Source of the DNA: Bdellovibrionota bacterium
GTDB taxonomy: Bacteria; Bdellovibrionota_C; UBA2361; SZUA-149; CAZDWZ01
Reading direction: 5' to 3'
Assembly (NCBI GenBank): GCA_046328905.1
Contig: JAXLVP010000001.1
Span: 151,025-215,024, forward strand
DNA: 64,000 bases
Shown here: positions 36,307-45,235 of the stretch, one piece after another
Layout of the letters: every line of letters starts with the position of its first letter
Numbering within the stretch: the first letter of the stretch is position 1
Made by a program: the position numbers and the translations under genes
Notes under the pieces: generated by a model
What the model was told of the DNA's origin: nothing
Database searches by the model: none
The model's input: only the letters and a program-made list of their open reading frames with translations

Positions 36307-37760
36307 CAGAACAGTTGCGCGAGCCGGATAACACGGAACGGATACTTTTCTTCGTTCCCACGTACGAAGAGCGGGAGAACGCGCCGGCGCTTATTGCCGA
36401 GCTCCTCTCACTCAATCTTCCGGCTGACCTGCTCTTCGTCGATGATGCGTCTCCCGACGGGACTGGTGGGCTGCTGGACGAGCTTGCGAGCAAAGAACCT
36501 CGATTGCATGTCATCCACCGGACCGGAAAGCTCGGAATCGGCACCGCACACCAGGTCGGCATTCGCTGGGCGTATGAGCATCACTATCGTGTGCTCGTCA
36601 CAATGGACTGTGATTTTACCCATAAGCCGGCAGACATCCCAAGATTGCTCGAGGTATCATCCGACTTCGATGTCGTGGTGGGGTCGCGCTACCTGAGACC
36701 GAAGAGCTTGGAGACGTGGAATCTTCATCGGAAGATGCTGACACGTCTCGGACATTTCGCAACGTACACCCTGCTCGGCATGCCTTATGACGCGAGTGGG
36801 GCGTTTCGCGTCTATCGACTGGATCGTATTCCCGTGTACGCGTTCAATGTCGTTCACTCATCGGGATACGCATTCTTTTTCGAAAGCCTCCACGTGCTGC
36901 ATCGCAATAAATTCCGGATCGGCGAGGTTGCGATAGTTCTTCCGGCTCGAACCTACGGACATTCGAAGATGAGCTTGGGCGAGGTCTCCCGCTCGATTGG
37001 CCTTTTGCTTTCGACGTTTTTTGTTCGGGTCTTCAATGCTGAGAAGCTTCGCATCGTTGCTCCGCTTGGGGAGCAGCACATTGACCGAACGAAAAGCGAT
37101 CCGCAGGGCTGGGATGATTACTGGGAAGGTCAAAAGCGCGGCGGGCGAATGGTGTATGATGCAATCGCCTCGCTGTATCGGAAGTTACTCATTCGGCCAA
37201 ACCTCAATCGGTTCGTTCGTCGATACTTTCCGCGAGGAGCAGAGCTGCTTCATGCAGGCTGCGGTGGGGGGCAAGTGGATCGTGATCTCCAGGATTATGC
37301 GCAGATCACGGGCTTGGACATCTCAGTCAATGCGCTCAATTATTATCGGCAGAACAACGGTGAGAGCAGCAAGCTGCTTCATGGAAGCATTTTTGAGATT
37401 CCCGTTGCCGCAGGGTCGTACGACGGAGCGTATAATCTCGGTGTCATGGAGCACTTCACGGAAGAGGAGATCACGCGGATCCTCGGGGAGCTCTATCGAG
37501 TGTTGAAGCCGGGTGGTCGAATAGTGCTGTTTTGGCCCCCTGAATATGGCTTGAGCGTCCGCTTTTTCAAGCTTCTCGAGCGAGTGTTCCAGCTCTTCGG
37601 CAAGCGAGATTCGACATTCCATCCCCCGGAGGTCAGCCGGATTCGCTCGAAGGATCAGGTCACTGCTCTCCTTGAACGCTCCGGATTCCGGGTCGAGGAA
37701 TACTATTTCGGACCACGTGATCTCTTCACTCAGGTCATGATTGCAGCCGCCAAAGTGTAG
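36303..37760 (+). CDS. Fusion protein: GT2 polyprenyl-phosphate sugar synthase (DPM1/Ppm1-like) plus C-terminal class I SAM methyltransferase
   Basis: N-terminal half: ILFFVPTYEERENAP, FVDDASPDGT, TMDCDFTHKP. C-terminal half: LLHAGCGGGQVDRDL, MEHFTEEE, LKPGGRIVLFWP. ATGA overlap with the GT-C gene. Confidence 0.85.
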   Translation: MTEQLREPDNTERILFFVPTYEERENAPALIAELLSLNLPADLLFVDDASPDGTGGLLDELASKEPRLHVIHRTGKLGIGTAHQVGIRWAYEHHYRVLVTMDCDFTHKPADIPRLLEVSSDFDVVVGSRYLRPKSLETWNLHRKMLTRLGHFATYTLLGMPYDASGAFRVYRLDRIPVYAFNVVHSSGYAFFFESLHVLHRNKFRIGEVAIVLPARTYGHSKMSLGEVSRSIGLLLSTFFVRVFNAEKLRIVAPLGEQHIDRTKSDPQGWDDYWEGQKRGGRMVYDAIASLYRKLLIRPNLNRFVRRYFPRGAELLHAGCGGGQVDRDLQDYAQITGLDISVNALNYYRQNNGESSKLLHGSIFEIPVAAGSYDGAYNLGVMEHFTEEEITRILGELYRVLKPGGRIVLFWPPEYGLSVRFFKLLERVFQLFGKRDSTFHPPEVSRIRSKDQVTALLERSGFRVEEYYFGPRDLFTQVMIAAAKV

Positions 37761-37877
37761 CGCTCATCGTTCCTTTTTTGCGTGATAAATCGTGGAAAAT
37801 GCGACTTCAACAATTCCATCTCCCGTGATATATTCCTCTGACTTTCACTGACGTATCAGAGACGGGAAAGACCGGCT

Positions 37878-38474
37878 GTGGCTAGCGACATCTCCGAGCT
37901 CCAACTTCACTGTATCCGCACGTCGCCCGACTCCGGGACGAACGCCGTGACCGAAAGCCCGATTCCGAAGCTCATTTTTTTTGATCCGACATATTGCGAA
38001 GAGATCTGCGCGCTCGAGAAAAGGTGTTACTCTCATCCGTGGTCGGACGAGCTCATCCGCGGTGAGTTTCAGAAGGACGTTTCGGTGCGCATGGGGTTGG
38101 TGCTCCCGGGTGGGTCTTCAACCGCAGCAAATTCGGATCTCGAGCGAGGGGAGAGGGGAGCCGTAGTCGCCTACGCCTTCAATTACATCGTAGCCGACGA
38201 GCTCCATGTACTGAATCTCGCCGTGCATCCCGATTACCGTGCTCGCGGATTCGGCAAGTATCTGCTCTCGGAGATTATTCGCTTCGGGGAACATCGCGGC
38301 GCGCGATACGCAACACTCGAAGTGCGACAAAGCAATTCAATCGCGAAATCCCTTTACAGCAGCCTCGGTTTCGAGATTGTCGGCATTCGCAAGAACTACT
38401 ATCGCGACAACTATGAGAACGCGCTTGTGCTCGAGTTGAAGCTGAAACGTGAGCTTCTCCGCGCCAACGGGTGA
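37878..38474 (+). CDS. rimI: GNAT acetyltransferase, RimI-like (ribosomal-protein-alanine N-acetyltransferase)
   Basis: EICALEKRCYSHPWSDELIRGEF, LHVLNLAVHPDYRARGFGKYLL and ATLEVRQSNSIAKSLYSSLGFEIVGIRKNYY. GTG start. Confidence 0.75.
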   Translation: MASDISELQLHCIRTSPDSGTNAVTESPIPKLIFFDPTYCEEICALEKRCYSHPWSDELIRGEFQKDVSVRMGLVLPGGSSTAANSDLERGERGAVVAYAFNYIVADELHVLNLAVHPDYRARGFGKYLLSEIIRFGEHRGARYATLEVRQSNSIAKSLYSSLGFEIVGIRKNYYRDNYENALVLELKLKRELLRANG

Positions 38475-38553
38475 GCATGCGCTGGCGCATCCCGGCGTCG
38501 AGATCGCTGTTTAAACCGCTAAAATAGCCGTTCAGACGCACTCTGAGCGCTGT

Positions 38554-38582
38554 TTGACCGCTCTCGACATCCCGTGTATAAT
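38554..38582 (+). promoter_or_regulatory. Consensus sigma70-type promoter (TTGACC - 17 nt - TATAAT)
   Basis: Read directly: TTGACC at 38554-38559, a 17-nt spacer, and TATAAT at 38577-38582, about 50 nt upstream of the carD GTG start. Confidence 0.7.
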
Positions 38583-38633
38583 GCGCATTCCCTGGCGTTA
38601 GATTCAATCGTCTTCCCTTATGCGGAGCTGAGC

Positions 38634-39137
38634 GTGAGCAGTCTAGAGTTCAAAGTCGGTGACAAGGTCGTTTATCCCGCGCATGGTGTTGGTGTTGTTG
38701 ACTCGATTCAGATGCGCAAAGTCTCAGGGTCCGAGCAAAAGTTCTACATGATGTCGATTCTGGAAACGGGCATGAAGATCATGGTTCCTGTTAGCCAGGT
38801 CAAAACTGTCGGCCTTCGTAAGGTCGTCGATCAGAAAACGGTTGAGCAGGTCTACGGAATCCTCCGCGACAAGAACGTCGTAGTGGACACTCAAACCTGG
38901 AACCGCCGTTACCGCGATTACTCGCAAAAGATCAAGACCGGTTCCGTTCTTGAAATTGCAAAGGTGATCCGCGACCTCTCTGCGCTCAAGTCCGACAAGG
39001 AGCTCTCTTTTGGGGAGCGCCGCATGCTTGATACCGCGCAGGGACTTCTCGTGAAGGAGATCTCCATTGCAAAGGCAAGCTCAGAAGAGGTCATCAAGGC
39101 CGAGCTGCAGTCGCTTTGCGAGTTCCACACAGCATAA
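38634..39137 (+). CDS. carD: CarD/CdnL-family RNA polymerase-binding transcription regulator
   Basis: FKVGDKVVYPAHGVGVVDSIQ...QKFYMMSI...WNRRYRDYSQKIKTGS. Start reset to the GTG at 38634 (GGAG upstream), because the track start at 38574 lies inside the promoter. Confidence 0.9.
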   Translation: MSSLEFKVGDKVVYPAHGVGVVDSIQMRKVSGSEQKFYMMSILETGMKIMVPVSQVKTVGLRKVVDQKTVEQVYGILRDKNVVVDTQTWNRRYRDYSQKIKTGSVLEIAKVIRDLSALKSDKELSFGERRMLDTAQGLLVKEISIAKASSEEVIKAELQSLCEFHTA

Positions 39138-39868
39138 CTCTTTCAGCTGGACCCTTCACGGCGCTTCTTCCGGCGGCCGGCTTCAGCCGCCGCATGGGAG
39201 AGGTTTGCCGGGAGAAATCCAAAACCTTGCTCGAGCTCTCTGACAGCTCGTCCATTCTGACTCGTACGCTCCGTTCAATTCTGGATTCCCAGGTGTGTAA
39301 GCGGATCGTGATCGCCGTGCGCCCCGAGGACGAACCGGAGATTCGGGCTGTGCTTGCGACTCTGCGTTCCGACGTTCCGATCGACCTTGTTCCCGGAGGT
39401 GCCACCCGCCAGGATTCCGTCGCATCCGCGCTCGCTGCGGTCGATGACCCGGACGGTTTTGTGTTCGTGCACGATGCGGCGAGGCCGTTTTGCCCTCCGG
39501 AGAAGATCCAGGACGTTTGCCGGTCGGCACAAATAAGCGGGGCTGCTATCCTCGCGCTCCCCGTGAAGCCGACACTTAAGGAAGTCGGTCCGGATCATCA
39601 CATTCGTCGAACCGTTCCACGGACGATGATCTGGGAAGCCCAAACCCCCCAGGCGTTCAAGCTTTCGGTGCTTCTCGATGCGCACGAGAAAGCGCGCGCG
39701 GATGCCTTTCAAGGCACGGACGAAAGTGAGCTCGTCGAACGTTTGGGTGTCCCCGTGACGGTCGTGTTTGGATCCGAGCAAAATGTGAAAATTACTTCGC
39801 CGGGCGATCTTCTTCTCGCAGAAGCTATCTCCCGCGCCATTGTCTCATCAGTTCAACGTTCGCTCTAA
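39116..39868 (+). CDS. ispD: 2-C-methyl-D-erythritol 4-phosphate cytidylyltransferase
   Basis: LLPAAGFSRRMG, VPGGATRQDSV, VHDAARPF and QTPQAF motifs. The start is uncertain (TTG at 39116 overlaps the carD end). Confidence 0.88.
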   Translation: MRVPHSITLSAGPFTALLPAAGFSRRMGEVCREKSKTLLELSDSSSILTRTLRSILDSQVCKRIVIAVRPEDEPEIRAVLATLRSDVPIDLVPGGATRQDSVASALAAVDDPDGFVFVHDAARPFCPPEKIQDVCRSAQISGAAILALPVKPTLKEVGPDHHIRRTVPRTMIWEAQTPQAFKLSVLLDAHEKARADAFQGTDESELVERLGVPVTVVFGSEQNVKITSPGDLLLAEAISRAIVSSVQRSL

Positions 39869-40086
39869 TAGCTCCCAGCTCGCGAGCTGCTTTCTTCGAA
39901 AACGTCCCCCACATGTAATTTTTCGTTCGAACGCCCGTTCGACCGCTGATTAGCGAAATCTCCCCTGATACAATCCCAGTGAGTACGGACGCCGTTCTTT
40001 CCGAACCTTCGCCGGGCAGAAGCTTATCCCGAGCGTACTTGCGACGCAGGGATGCCGCGCATCGAGGTTTAAGAAAGGAGGAGGTT

Positions 40087-40812
40087 ATGCTGTACTTCGA
40101 ATGGTTCGAGGCGCTGAAAAGCTTGCTCTTCGGCCCGAACGCCGACAAGCTTTCTTCACTCGAACATGGTGGGCTGTTCGTCCTCGGCAACATGTTGATG
40201 CCTGAGGAAACGCATCTGATCCGACTCGGACGCGATAATCCGAGATCGTTTGACCAAAGCGTCACGCCGCTCGCGAAGCGGCCCGATCTTTACGGCGACG
40301 GGTTCTACCTTCCCTATCCCGGCGTTGTCGTCGAAGACGACATGTCGGCGATCGGGTTTGTGGATCTCGACTCACATCGTCCGAAGGGATTGAGCCGTCA
40401 GCGGATGTTCATTTCGATCGAGACTCCGTCATCGATCCGGAATGGGCCGGCGCCGCAAACCCTCATGGAGCTGATTGCCCTGGCTCAGGTTCAGCTGTCC
40501 TTTCCAGAGGACACGTTCTTCCTGACGTGGGGAGCGATCGACTCCGTGACCAACATGAACATCGACCACCGCCTCGCGAGGCTGAATCTCAGTCTCTGGG
40601 GTGTGGCCGGGTTCTCGAAGGACCGCTTGCACTTTGCCGAAATGAGCAAGTGGTTCATCAGCTACGTTCGTCGGCAACCCGGGGGATCCAGCGTGGATCC
40701 GGCAATGGACACATTGCTCTCGCGCATCGGCGGATCTCTTGCGCAGAACTTGTTATTCGGATTGCTTCAAGTGGCGTATGCAAACGCGCTGCTTGAAGAG
40801 AAGCCGAAATAA
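40087..40812 (+). CDS. Hypothetical protein (241 aa), no family recognised
   Basis: Very strong SD (AAGGAGGAGGTT-ATG) at 40087. No TM helix, signal peptide or recognisable motif. Confidence 0.6.
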   Translation: MLYFEWFEALKSLLFGPNADKLSSLEHGGLFVLGNMLMPEETHLIRLGRDNPRSFDQSVTPLAKRPDLYGDGFYLPYPGVVVEDDMSAIGFVDLDSHRPKGLSRQRMFISIETPSSIRNGPAPQTLMELIALAQVQLSFPEDTFFLTWGAIDSVTNMNIDHRLARLNLSLWGVAGFSKDRLHFAEMSKWFISYVRRQPGGSSVDPAMDTLLSRIGGSLAQNLLFGLLQVAYANALLEEKPK

Positions 40813-40892
40813 GTTCGAGTGAGAGCCCGCGGCGTGCCCGGAGCAGGTTGAGTTTCCGCGAGATGCGCGGCCACCTGCATTGGAGATACGCC

Positions 40893-41624
40893 TCAGTCGC
40901 GTTCTGACGCAAAATATGAGGACTCACGACTTGGCTTCGGTCCGACGGTCAGAATCATGATAACGCCGGCTGCGAAACCACCGATGTGTGCCATGTATGC
41001 GACTTCTGAGTCAGCACCGGAGTACACCTGCACCTGAGAGACAAGTTGCATGATTATCCATCCGCCGAGGACGAACGAAGCCGGCATCGAAACAATCCGG
41101 TTATAGACCAACACTTGGACATGGTTTCTCGGAAACCTGATCAGATATGCGCCGAGAACACCGGCGATTGCCCCAGAGGCTCCGAGCGACGGAATGACAG
41201 ATTCGGGGGAGGAGAGGATTTGAGCTGCGCCTGCGCACAGCCCGCAGACGAAGTAGAACAGTGCGAATCGAGCATGCCCGAGCAGATCCTCGATCTGATC
41301 TCCGAAGATGAGGAGGTAAAGCATATTCCCCCCGATGTGCCCCCAGGACCCGTGCATGAACATTGCGGAGAACAGTGTGAGATAGATGGGCGAAGGACCG
41401 GGAGCCTGCGGAATGGACTGTGGAGAACCGTAGAGAGTAGTCCACTTCGGGCTTCGGAGATCGACTCCGTGCACGATTTCGTAAGGGATGGTGCTGTAGC
41501 CCAATGTAAACGGCTCACCGAGGGTAAGCTGAAGATACCACACGACGCAGTTCAGCCCGAAAATCGCCCAAAGCACATATGGAGTGAGTCGTCGTCCCGA
41601 ATTGTCGTCGTAGAGCGGGAGCAT
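40893..41624 (-). CDS. Rhomboid-family intramembrane serine protease
   Basis: FMHGSWGHIGGNMLYL, the catalytic GASGAIAGVLGAY and AHIGGFAAGV. Confidence 0.9.
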   Translation of the reverse strand: MLPLYDDNSGRRLTPYVLWAIFGLNCVVWYLQLTLGEPFTLGYSTIPYEIVHGVDLRSPKWTTLYGSPQSIPQAPGPSPIYLTLFSAMFMHGSWGHIGGNMLYLLIFGDQIEDLLGHARFALFYFVCGLCAGAAQILSSPESVIPSLGASGAIAGVLGAYLIRFPRNHVQVLVYNRIVSMPASFVLGGWIIMQLVSQVQVYSGADSEVAYMAHIGGFAAGVIMILTVGPKPSRESSYFASERD

Positions 41625-41653
41625 ATTTCAAGCTCGGCGTCCGGCGTATATCT

Positions 41654-43621
41654 TCACTGAGTGCTTTTTAACCAGGCCTGAAACATCAGGATGTTCCAGA
41701 GCTGGTGCTGGCGATTCTGCGCGCCGCTCAGGTGCTCGGACAGAAGATTGCCGACTGGTTCCGGCCGAACGAAACCGTCACGCCTCAGAGTCTCGGGGCG
41801 GAGGAGGTCGCAGGCCCAGTCGCGGAGCGGCCCTCGCAACCACGTGCCGATCGGAACAGAGAATCCCATCTTCGGCCGCTCAACGAGCGCACGCGGAACA
41901 TGGCGATACAGTACCTGACGCAGCAGCCACTTCGTTTTTCCGTCGCGATACTTGAATTTGATCGGAAGCCGCGCCGAAAGCTCGACGACACGATGGTCAA
42001 GGAGTGGGACGCGAACCTCGAGCGCCACGCGCATGCTCGCCCGATCAACTTTCTGCAAATTATCATCGGGTAAGTAGAGCTCCTGGTCGAGAAGCATCGC
42101 ACGCTGTTCAAATGGCTCGACACTCTCGAAGCACGGCTTTCCGACGAACGGATTGATGTCTCCCGAGCTTCCGACGACGAGATCCGTTGGGGTCATCCAT
42201 TGTGCGAGGAGCCGGAGATAGAGGTCATCCATGCCTTCGGCGCAGAGAAGCTTACACACTTTCTGGATGCGCTCTCCCGGCTTGTCGAACCGGCTCTCGA
42301 ACGGCCGGAGTATCTTCGACCATGCAGCTTCCGGTATCGCAGCGAGCATCGCAGCCACACGAGCTCGAGCATAGTGGGGTAAGAACTTCAGATACGACCA
42401 AAACCTCGTTGGAAAAACGTAGCGGTTATACCCACAAAAGATTTCGTCGCCGCCGTCGCCGGAGAGCGCAACGGTCACATGCTTTCGGGCAAGCTGCGAG
42501 ACGAGAAACGTGGGGATCTGTGAAGAGTCGCCGAACGGCTCGTCATACATATCCGCCAGAGTCGGTACCACCGAGAGAAGCTCGTCGTTTCCGACGTACA
42601 GCTCAGTGTGATCGGTTCCGAGATGTGCGGCCACGGCCTTGGCGTGCTCCGCTTCGTTGAAACCGGGCTCATTAAAGCCGATGCTGAACGTGCGCACAGG
42701 TTGAGAGTGCTGGGCCTGCATCAGGGCGACAACGGTAGTTGAGTCAATGCCTCCCGAAAGGAACGCCCCGAGCGGAACGTCTGCCACCATCCGTAAACCG
42801 ATGCTGTCTTTGAGCAACTTCTCCAGCCGATCGATCGCCTCGTCGTCGCTCCCTTGGAACAGCTTCTGCTGCCCCTTGATTCCGACTTCTCGAAGAGACC
42901 AGAACGGTCGCAGCCACTGGGAAGGAAAGGGGAGCATTCCCTCCGCTTGGAATCCTTGCGGCATCGAGCGCAGATCATCGGCGGCAAGAGTGAGCATGCA
43001 CCCGGGAGTGAGCTTGAAAACTGACCTGTAGATCGAACGCGGTCCCGGCACGTATCCGAACCGAAGAAATTCAGCCAGCGCGTCGCGGTCGATCTCGCCT
43101 ACGAATTCAGGGTGTGCACGAAGCGCCTTGAGCTCTGAGCCGAATAGAAAAGTGCCCTTGCTCCAACAATAAAAGAGCGGTTTGATACCCAGACGATCTC
43201 GCGCAAGAAACAATCGTCGCTCGGTTCGGTCCCAGAGCGCAAATACGAACATTCCGATGAACCGCTTCAGCGAAGCTTCAACACCCCATTCCTCGAAAGC
43301 CGCGAGCATCACCTCTGTATCGGAGTGACCACGAAACGTATGGCCAAGTGTTCCGAGCTCAGCCGAAAGAGCTGCGTGGTTATAGACTTCGCCATTGAAG
43401 GTAATGACGTAACGACCGCCCGCCGAGACCATCGGCTGATGTCCCTCGGGCGAAAGATCGACGATCGCGAGCCTGAGGTGGCCGAACCCGACTCCGCATG
43501 CCGGATCAGTCCAGATCCCGGAGCTGTCCGGACCGCGATACCGGATGGCATCGTTCATTGCCCCAATGCGAGGCTCGAGTGACTCCCCGTGGGGTTGGAT
43601 GGCTCCGACGATTCCGCACAT
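41654..43621 (-). CDS. asnB: Asparagine synthase (glutamine-hydrolysing), AsnB family
   Basis: MCGIVGAI N-terminal nucleophile and PP-loop FLSGGIDSTTVVALM, in a 655-aa protein. Confidence 0.92.
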   Translation of the reverse strand: MCGIVGAIQPHGESLEPRIGAMNDAIRYRGPDSSGIWTDPACGVGFGHLRLAIVDLSPEGHQPMVSAGGRYVITFNGEVYNHAALSAELGTLGHTFRGHSDTEVMLAAFEEWGVEASLKRFIGMFVFALWDRTERRLFLARDRLGIKPLFYCWSKGTFLFGSELKALRAHPEFVGEIDRDALAEFLRFGYVPGPRSIYRSVFKLTPGCMLTLAADDLRSMPQGFQAEGMLPFPSQWLRPFWSLREVGIKGQQKLFQGSDDEAIDRLEKLLKDSIGLRMVADVPLGAFLSGGIDSTTVVALMQAQHSQPVRTFSIGFNEPGFNEAEHAKAVAAHLGTDHTELYVGNDELLSVVPTLADMYDEPFGDSSQIPTFLVSQLARKHVTVALSGDGGDEIFCGYNRYVFPTRFWSYLKFLPHYARARVAAMLAAIPEAAWSKILRPFESRFDKPGERIQKVCKLLCAEGMDDLYLRLLAQWMTPTDLVVGSSGDINPFVGKPCFESVEPFEQRAMLLDQELYLPDDNLQKVDRASMRVALEVRVPLLDHRVVELSARLPIKFKYRDGKTKWLLRQVLYRHVPRALVERPKMGFSVPIGTWLRGPLRDWACDLLRPETLRRDGFVRPEPVGNLLSEHLSGAQNRQHQLWNILMFQAWLKSTQ

Positions 43622-43801
43622 GAAAACTCCGCTCAGTTAGTGGACTGCGCTCCGACGGAAGCGGAACGACCACGGAAAAATAACGCACACGACTCGGCAG
43701 AGCTACCGTAATCGGTAGGCCGCCGGAATCGGTGTACACGTATTTTTGAAAGGCGCAAGAAAAAGTCAGAATAAGACGGGGGAAGCTCTCGCCACTCACG
43801 C

Positions 43802-45058
43802 TTATTGCGGCGGCATGAAGCTTCGCTTGGTCGCCTGCAGCTCGAGCAAGTTAGAGTCGATGAAGAACTTCGCGGCCCAACTGAGATACCGATTTTCGTT
43901 ATAGCCCCCGCTCGCCGGATAGGAACCGGCGACTGCCCCGACAACGCTCCGCGCGCCGTCCATGAGCATCGTCGAGCGGACGTAGCGATTTATTCGCTTT
44001 GCAGCATCCAGATAGTCCGCTTCGCCGGTGATGCGGTGCAGCATGAAAAAGCAGCAGGCGATCTGCACCGACCCGGTCAAGCACGACCATTGTACCGTCG
44101 GCTTCCAGTCGGAGTCGAATCGTCCGGCGAGGTATCCGTCTTCGCGCACCGAAGCGGCCAAGGCTGTCGCCGTCTTCCGTGCAGCTTTCAACATTCGATC
44201 ATCCAGCGAAAATTCGTAACCTTCGAGAATTCCACGGAGGGCATAGCCGATAGTGTGGGTCAGCGGCGCTGACGGTTCTGCGAGGCAACAATTCGGAAAC
44301 CATCCGTTTGGACGCTGGTGACTGATTGCCCAAAGAAGATTCCGATTCGCCGCATCGCTGAATCGTACGTCCTTCGTTACCTTTGCAGCCTCGTAGAGTC
44401 CCCAAGCGACGTGGGTTTCGTAAGTCTTCTCTCCCGATGAAGCAAACGGAGTGGGGTGTTTTCTCCAAGCGCCGTCCGCGTCCATCGTGTTGACCAGCCA
44501 GTTGGCCGCGCGCAGCATCGGACGCAGATATTCGTCGCCGAACTCGTCACATCCGGCGGCCAAGCCGATGAGGATCTGCCCGGTGTTGAAAGTAACGGGG
44601 GTCTTCGGTTCCGCGTTTACCAGGCCGCCTTGGAATGCACCGCTCGCGAACTGTTTGGAAACGAGCCAATCGAGCATGCGCTTTGCGCGTTTGATGAACG
44701 TCCGATTGTTTGTGACCCTTCCGAGAGTGATAAACGTCGGAGCGATGTAACCAGTGGTCTCAGGGTAGGAAAAATTCCAACCGCCGCGTAAGCTGTAATC
44801 GCGAGCGACACCGCCGTCCGCCGATGCCGAAGCATCCTGCGCAAGGCAAAGCCACTCGACGGCCGCGTAGAGCGCAGCTTGAATGCCGGGGTCGGGCGTC
44901 GTCGGATGATTACCCTTTACTGGTTGGGGAGAAACAGAGCGATCCCGGTCGAATGTCAAACGTTGTAGCGCCGACACGAGACGGTTCTGCACCTTGGTGC
45001 TGACTAATTGAAGGAGAAGAGTCGGTTCCACACCCCGCACACCAGCCCGTTGAAGCAT
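43802..45058 (-). CDS. Alpha/alpha-toroid protein (prenyltransferase / squalene-cyclase-repeat-like), function unknown
   Basis: Recurrent aromatic-Gly repeats: DGGVARDYSLRGGWNFSYPETTGY, SGAFQGG, DADGAWRK and RPNGWFPNCC. The assignment is by repeat pattern only. Confidence 0.5.
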   Translation of the reverse strand: MLQRAGVRGVEPTLLLQLVSTKVQNRLVSALQRLTFDRDRSVSPQPVKGNHPTTPDPGIQAALYAAVEWLCLAQDASASADGGVARDYSLRGGWNFSYPETTGYIAPTFITLGRVTNNRTFIKRAKRMLDWLVSKQFASGAFQGGLVNAEPKTPVTFNTGQILIGLAAGCDEFGDEYLRPMLRAANWLVNTMDADGAWRKHPTPFASSGEKTYETHVAWGLYEAAKVTKDVRFSDAANRNLLWAISHQRPNGWFPNCCLAEPSAPLTHTIGYALRGILEGYEFSLDDRMLKAARKTATALAASVREDGYLAGRFDSDWKPTVQWSCLTGSVQIACCFFMLHRITGEADYLDAAKRINRYVRSTMLMDGARSVVGAVAGSYPASGGYNENRYLSWAAKFFIDSNLLELQATKRSFMPPQ

Positions 45059-45235
45059 TTTCGATTACCAGAGTGAATTTAGCGGTTAATCAAATGTTTG
45101 GCAAGTCTAACGAAGCAGTCTTTTGGAGACTATGATATGGCGCGTATGCAACGGGGCTTGCGCGGCAGCGGAAGCTGACGTTGTTCAACCGCCGTATGAG
45201 AAAGTGCTTCGTGTTCGTAACTCTAGAATCCCACC

